A stretch of 64,000 bases of DNA from an uncultured Chlorobiaceae bacterium (GTDB lineage Bacteria > Bacteroidota > Ignavibacteria > UBA10030 > SZUA-254), in NCBI GenBank assembly GCA_964512655.1, contig CAZEJT010000001.1, forward strand, positions 564,217 through 628,216, written 5' to 3'. Position numbers and translations under genes: made by a program. Numbering within the stretch: position 1 is the first letter of the stretch; the number at the start of each line of letters is the position of its first letter. Below, one piece after another: positions 59,946 to 64,000 of this stretch. The notes beneath the pieces are model-generated. The model was not told where the DNA came from, ran no database searches, and was given only the letters and a program-made list of their open reading frames with translations.

Positions 59946-60638
59946 TCAAGAAATCCGGCCGGCCCTGTAAATGTGAAGGCGTTCAAAGGGTGCGCGCTTG
60001 CTCCAGACGCGCTCAAACGTGAATCCTGACTCGGAAAAAAGTCCGCCAATTGTCGCGAGAGGCATTTCTGAGGAGAGGATCAGAAGGAGAGTTGCCGAGG
60101 GCCGCATATGCGGGGGTGCGCCGCGGAGAAACTCCCGCATCACCTCGTAGGAGTGTCCGGCCCGCCATGCCATATCGGGGATGTCTTTAGGGGTTCCGGC
60201 GTAAAACGGTGGGTTAAACAGTATGTAGTCGAACTGTGATCCCGGTTCAAGTGGCTCAAACAGGTCCCCTCTCAGGGCCACGATCTCCCTCCTGTTGCGG
60301 GATGCGTTTTCGCGGGTTGCGCGGACGGCGTCGGGGTTGATATCGATCGCGGTTACGGACGCGCCTTCGCCTGCCGCCACGAGCGCAAGGATTCCTGATC
60401 CACAGCCCATATCCAGGACTGATGTGCCATGAAGGGGGATGGAGGAGAGATACTCCCCAAACGCCTTGCTGCTGTAGTAAAGGCAGGGGTGAAAGACCCC
60501 GCGCGGGACGATGAGCCGGTGACCGAATATCCTGGCTTCGTCGGTCCGCAGGAGCCTTCGACGCGCGTAGAGGCGGTACGCGGCGGTAAAATACGCCCTG
60601 CGCGCAAAGTCCCGGAGTGTGATCTTACCAGTTGACAC
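59946..60638 (-). CDS. class I SAM-dependent methyltransferase (HemK/RsmC-like small-domain MTase, NPPF/Y motif)
   Basis: SAM motif I VLDMGCGSGILA. Motif IV FNPPFYAG. Start is uncertain. A GTG at 60638 gives a 14-nt overlap with the upstream radical SAM gene, whereas the track ORF start at 60725 overlaps by ~100 nt. Confidence 0.7.
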   Translation of the reverse strand: MSTGKITLRDFARRAYFTAAYRLYARRRLLRTDEARIFGHRLIVPRGVFHPCLYYSSKAFGEYLSSIPLHGTSVLDMGCGSGILALVAAGEGASVTAIDINPDAVRATRENASRNRREIVALRGDLFEPLEPGSQFDYILFNPPFYAGTPKDIPDMAWRAGHSYEVMREFLRGAPPHMRPSATLLLILSSEMPLATIGGLFSESGFTFERVWSKRAPFERLHIYRAGRIS

Positions 60639-62058
60639 GGTGAAGCACCTTGTACCTGACGAAGTTGATGATCTCTTTCTCAACCGGGAGCTTGTAGAAG
60701 TCGCGCCTGACCCTTTGGGCGGCAAGGCCGCGCACGGGGGCGCTCAAGAGCCGGGGAGCCCTGAGCTCGGTGGCAATTTTCGCGTAAAACTTGAATCGCT
60801 CGACGTACTCCCGCTCTTCCTTGCTGACCCAGTATCCCGAATACATGATAAAATCGATGTCGCTCCACTCGGCGAGGGTCCTGGGGACGCGGTATCCCTT
60901 CTTCACGATGTACTCGTAGAGATCGGTCCCCGGGTAGGGGGTGAAAAAAAAGATGTTAAACTCAAATGTCCGGTCGATCCTCTTGATCCGCTTGATCACA
61001 TCGAGGGTCTTGAGGGTTTCGGTAAAGCGCTCCTCCGGAAAACCGACGATAAATCCGAACGCGGCCCCGATCTTGTGGCGCGCCAGCTTCTCGGCAGAAA
61101 TAACGGCTTCCTCCGCGAGGGTGTCCTTCTTCATGAGATCGAGCATCTCCTGAGATCCCGACTCGGCCCCGATCATCACTTTCCTGAGATTGGCTCTCGC
61201 GGCCGAGCTGAGTGTCTCATCGTCAAGCGGGGCTATCTGATCGGCTCTCGACGTTGCTGCCCAGGAAAACCTTCCTCCTTCGGCCACTACGCCCTCGCAG
61301 AATTCACGGACCCGGTTCCTGTTCGCAAAGAAGTTCTCATCCTGAAAGAGGACATCCCGGACGCCGTACCTGGTCACGGCGGCGAACACGTCGGAGAGCA
61401 TCCTCGGGCCCTTCAGGCCCGACCAGCGCCTGTTATACACGTACGGGTCGGCGCAGAACCCGCAGCGGTAAGGGCAACCCTGGGAGGAATAGAAATCGAT
61501 CTGGCGCATTTTTTTCAGCTCAAAGTATCTCTCGAGGGGCACCAGGTCGTAATCGTACGGGGGGAAGGAATTGATGTCGGCGAACTTTCTTTCGGGATTC
61601 TGGACAAAGACTCCGTCGCTCATGTACGCCAGCCCCTCAATTCCCCCGCCGCCGCGGCCTGAGTCGAGAGCGTCGAGGAGCTCCGCAAAGGTCAGTTCCC
61701 CCTGCCCGAAGACGCAATACTCAGCGCCCCCTTCCCTGAGGCACTGTTCAGGAAATATCGACGGATGCCAGCCACCCCAGACAACCGGGACCCGCGGCGA
61801 GAGCTTCCGCGCCATCGCGGAGACGGACATGGCATCGCGGATCGGGGTGCCTGTGATGACGGAGACCCCGAGGCAGAGCGCCCGGGGGAGGAGTTCGGCC
61901 ACTTTTCGATGGGCATGATGGGCGCTTTTTTCGATCCTCGCGTCGATGATCCGGACGTCGAAGCGTTCCGGGTCAATCACCGATGCCAGGGCAAGGAACT
62001 GCAGTGGGATCGTGTAATAGGGAGCGACCGGATTGTAGAGAATGACGATCGGTCTCAT
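60625..62058 (-). CDS. B12-binding domain radical SAM enzyme (class B), paralog 2
   Basis: N-terminal cobalamin-binding Rossmann (IVILYNPVAP...VVWGGWHPS) and CxxxCxxC cluster motif CPYRCGFC. Start re-called to MRPIVILYN (62058). Confidence 0.85.
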   Translation of the reverse strand: MRPIVILYNPVAPYYTIPLQFLALASVIDPERFDVRIIDARIEKSAHHAHRKVAELLPRALCLGVSVITGTPIRDAMSVSAMARKLSPRVPVVWGGWHPSIFPEQCLREGGAEYCVFGQGELTFAELLDALDSGRGGGGIEGLAYMSDGVFVQNPERKFADINSFPPYDYDLVPLERYFELKKMRQIDFYSSQGCPYRCGFCADPYVYNRRWSGLKGPRMLSDVFAAVTRYGVRDVLFQDENFFANRNRVREFCEGVVAEGGRFSWAATSRADQIAPLDDETLSSAARANLRKVMIGAESGSQEMLDLMKKDTLAEEAVISAEKLARHKIGAAFGFIVGFPEERFTETLKTLDVIKRIKRIDRTFEFNIFFFTPYPGTDLYEYIVKKGYRVPRTLAEWSDIDFIMYSGYWVSKEEREYVERFKFYAKIATELRAPRLLSAPVRGLAAQRVRRDFYKLPVEKEIINFVRYKVLHRVNW

Positions 62059-62065
62059 GCGCGTC

Positions 62066-63556
62066 TCAGACCCCATACTGTTCAGCGCCCTCGATCTCCG
62101 GCTGCCTGTATTTGAACATGGTTGATAACGCAAATCGAATCTCATAGGGCGCCGAATAGAAGTTCAGCCTGTAGCGCCATCCGCTGAGCGCGCGAAGGAA
62201 CGCCTTTTTAGCCGACGTCAATTTTAGATCGGAAACCGTCGGGTAGTAGGCGTTCAGGACACGCTCGAAATTCCTGATCTTGACGATGTGGCGCGCGCTC
62301 AGCCAGGGAGTCGCGGACTGCTTCCGCAAATCCAGATGCTGCCATTTTGGGTCGACCCAATCCTCGAGCGTGCGCGGGAATTCGAACCCCTGCTTCCGGG
62401 CCTCCTCGAACATGGCGGCTCCCGGCAGAAGCACGGGGGCGTACACGTAGAAGATAATCTCTGCCCGGGGATTGATCTCCTTGATCCTTCTGATGTACCG
62501 GATTTCACGTTCGATATCCCCGTCCACATCCGGCGAGGGGGAGCCGAAGACGAATGACATCTCGGGGACAATATCGAATTCCCTGATCCTCCTGGCAAAT
62601 TCGAGCACGAGGGCAGGCGTCTGAGTGCCCCCCTTGTTCATCAGCCGCAGTCCGTCGGCGGATCCCGTCTCCGCCCCCATGAAGATCATCCTGCATCCGC
62701 TTTCCCGCATAAGGGTGAGCGTCGAATCGGAGAAATGCATCAGCGTGTCGATCCTCGCATCCCCCCACCAGCTGATACGCTTTCCCAGCAGTCCGCGTGC
62801 AAACTCCCGCGTTCGTTCCTCTGAAACGAAGAAGTTATCGTCAAAAAATTCCACCGAGTCGACCAGATATTTTTTCTGAAGGCCGAGGAGGTCCAGCACG
62901 ACCGATCGGGGGTCCTTGGCGAGCCAGCGCCCTCCGTAGACCGGAACCACAGCACAAAATCCGCAGGTAAAGGGGCACCCGTAGCTCGAATGGTAGCCGA
63001 CGGTTTTTTTGCCGAGATATGTCCGGGCCAGATACCTCGGCAGGTTGATTCGCCCGTACGGGAGCGACGGGAGCTCGTCAGGATGCGTAAAGGGACGCGA
63101 AGGATTACGGATGATCGTGCCATTCCGCCGGTATGACAGGCCGCGAACGCTCTCCAGAGGCGCGGCGCTTTCCAATGCGTCCGAAAGCTCGGCGAATGTC
63201 AGCTCGCCCTGGCCCGAGACAACATGGTCGACATACCCCGACTGCAAGACCGTTTCCGTATGGATCGTCGGGAACGTCCCACCCCAGGTGACCCAGACCC
63301 CCGGATGGGAGGCTTTCAGGTACTTCGAGATTGACACGGCCCTCACGAGCTGGGGACCGGGCATAACCGTGAGAGCCACGTGCTTCACGCCTTTGTCTCG
63401 GATCAGCTCACCGAGGGGTCTCTCCGCATCTCCGTCAAAATTCTCATCCAGGAAGGAGTAGCCGTGCCTCCCATCGATGCCGGAGGCAACGGCAAGGAGA
63501 GAGAGGGGAACCCTGTGATTCCATCTCGCGCTGCGTGGATTGACGAACGCGATCAT
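62066..63556 (-). CDS. B12-binding domain radical SAM enzyme (class B), paralog 1
   Basis: IAFVNPRSARW...VWVTWGGTFPT B12 domain and CPFTCGFC radical SAM motif. Collinear paralog of the downstream gene. Confidence 0.85.
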   Translation of the reverse strand: MIAFVNPRSARWNHRVPLSLLAVASGIDGRHGYSFLDENFDGDAERPLGELIRDKGVKHVALTVMPGPQLVRAVSISKYLKASHPGVWVTWGGTFPTIHTETVLQSGYVDHVVSGQGELTFAELSDALESAAPLESVRGLSYRRNGTIIRNPSRPFTHPDELPSLPYGRINLPRYLARTYLGKKTVGYHSSYGCPFTCGFCAVVPVYGGRWLAKDPRSVVLDLLGLQKKYLVDSVEFFDDNFFVSEERTREFARGLLGKRISWWGDARIDTLMHFSDSTLTLMRESGCRMIFMGAETGSADGLRLMNKGGTQTPALVLEFARRIREFDIVPEMSFVFGSPSPDVDGDIEREIRYIRRIKEINPRAEIIFYVYAPVLLPGAAMFEEARKQGFEFPRTLEDWVDPKWQHLDLRKQSATPWLSARHIVKIRNFERVLNAYYPTVSDLKLTSAKKAFLRALSGWRYRLNFYSAPYEIRFALSTMFKYRQPEIEGAEQYGV

Positions 63557-64000
63557 GCGGGCGCCACCAAAGCCGCCGGAGGGACCATGACGCCGGCGCC
63601 CGAGATCCTGCCGCAGATCCAGAGGAGAATCAGGCTTCCGTAGACGCGGGGGAAGGCGAAGATCCCGTACCAGTTCTTCTGGAAGATGTCGTCATAGTAC
63701 GGAAGTTTGGGCAAGAGCAGCAACAAAGCCACGCCAAAGGCGACGATACCAGGTTCCCACCCCGATTGCGGGAGATACGCGCAGCAGGCCACGAGCGGAA
63801 TCAGCAAAAGAGTGTAGTGATAGTCGAACAGGAGCGGTGCAGTCAGGAGATTCACAATGATCGCCGCCGAGAAAGCCATATCGAAACCCACGATGCCTCG
63901 CCTCCTCCCCAATCTTGCCAGAACAAAAATGCCTGCGGCGATGCACGCTCCGAGGAGAGGGCGGACAACGAAGGGGAGATCTGCCGGCGGACGGATGTGC
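63553..64000 (-). CDS. apparent ORF for a C-terminal fragment of a polytopic membrane protein, partial; upstream boundary and orientation unresolved
   Basis: The minus-strand frame is open from the window end to the stop at 63553 (ATGA overlap with the radical SAM start). The translation is strongly hydrophobic (LGACIAAGIFVLA..., LLLIPLVACCAYLP..., WYGIFAFPRVYGSLILLWICG). No ATG in-window, and the track ORF begins at a TTG. Confidence 0.5.
   Translation of the reverse strand, partial: HIRPPADLPFVVRPLLGACIAAGIFVLARLGRRRGIVGFDMAFSAAIIVNLLTAPLLFDYHYTLLLIPLVACCAYLPQSGWEPGIVAFGVALLLLLPKLPYYDDIFQKNWYGIFAFPRVYGSLILLWICGRISGAGVMVPPAALVAPA

Overview
High-GC (~60-65%) bacterial chromosomal window with about 60 genes, almost entirely coding. 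T9SS-type C-terminal sorting signals and a PorV/FadL-like barrel point to an FCB-group organism (Bacteroidota/Rhodothermota/Ignavibacteriota-like). I found no CRISPR array, IS element, integrase or transposase. Three tRNAs are present, Leu-GAG, Ser-GGA and Ser-GCU, and none is annotated by the ORF track.

Content in order along the window:
- TAT-exported molybdenum hydroxylase (IorAB/CoxSL-like), small subunit plus a partial large subunit that runs off the left edge.
- AT-rich islet carrying tRNA-Leu(GAG) and a small secreted protein.
- Housekeeping genes: maf, a stand-alone B12-binding methylmalonyl-CoA mutase subunit, a family-B DNA polymerase (Pol II-like), a stomatin/NfeD pair, and tRNA-Ser(GGA).
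- 8.1-19.8 kb: contiguous block of secreted or outer-membrane proteins. It comprises a T9SS-CTD cargo protein, a large lipoprotein with a Ycf48/BNR-like beta-propeller, a CarbopepD-TonB-dependent receptor, a PorV/FadL-like barrel, an NHL-repeat lipoprotein, a DUF1028-TPR protein and a small lipoprotein.
- tRNA-Ser(GCU).
- Housekeeping genes: gltX, glnS, folB, folK, deoxynucleoside kinase, nadA, a GH76-like membrane-anchored glycosidase, the methylmalonyl-CoA mutase catalytic subunit, a DPPR-synthase-like UbiA prenyltransferase, DUF362, an EamA transporter, acyP, ispF, a PAP2 phosphatase, lnt, ltaE and a hotdog thioesterase.
- The rimP-nusA-infB-rbfA-ribF-rpsO-pnp operon (truB absent), then gpmI and bshC.
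- A Rieske/cytochrome b6/subunit IV complex followed by a membrane-anchored octahaem cytochrome c.
- Minus strand, transcribed toward the low end: an apparent partial membrane-protein ORF (transcription orientation unresolved) and two paralogous B12-binding radical-SAM enzymes, a SAM methyltransferase, then a nucleoside-salvage operon (cdd, tdk, BMP-family binding protein, two-domain ABC ATPase, two permeases, purine nucleoside phosphorylase).

Most long antisense ORFs in the track are GC-driven shadow ORFs. Several track ORFs carry spurious 5' extensions, which I re-called.
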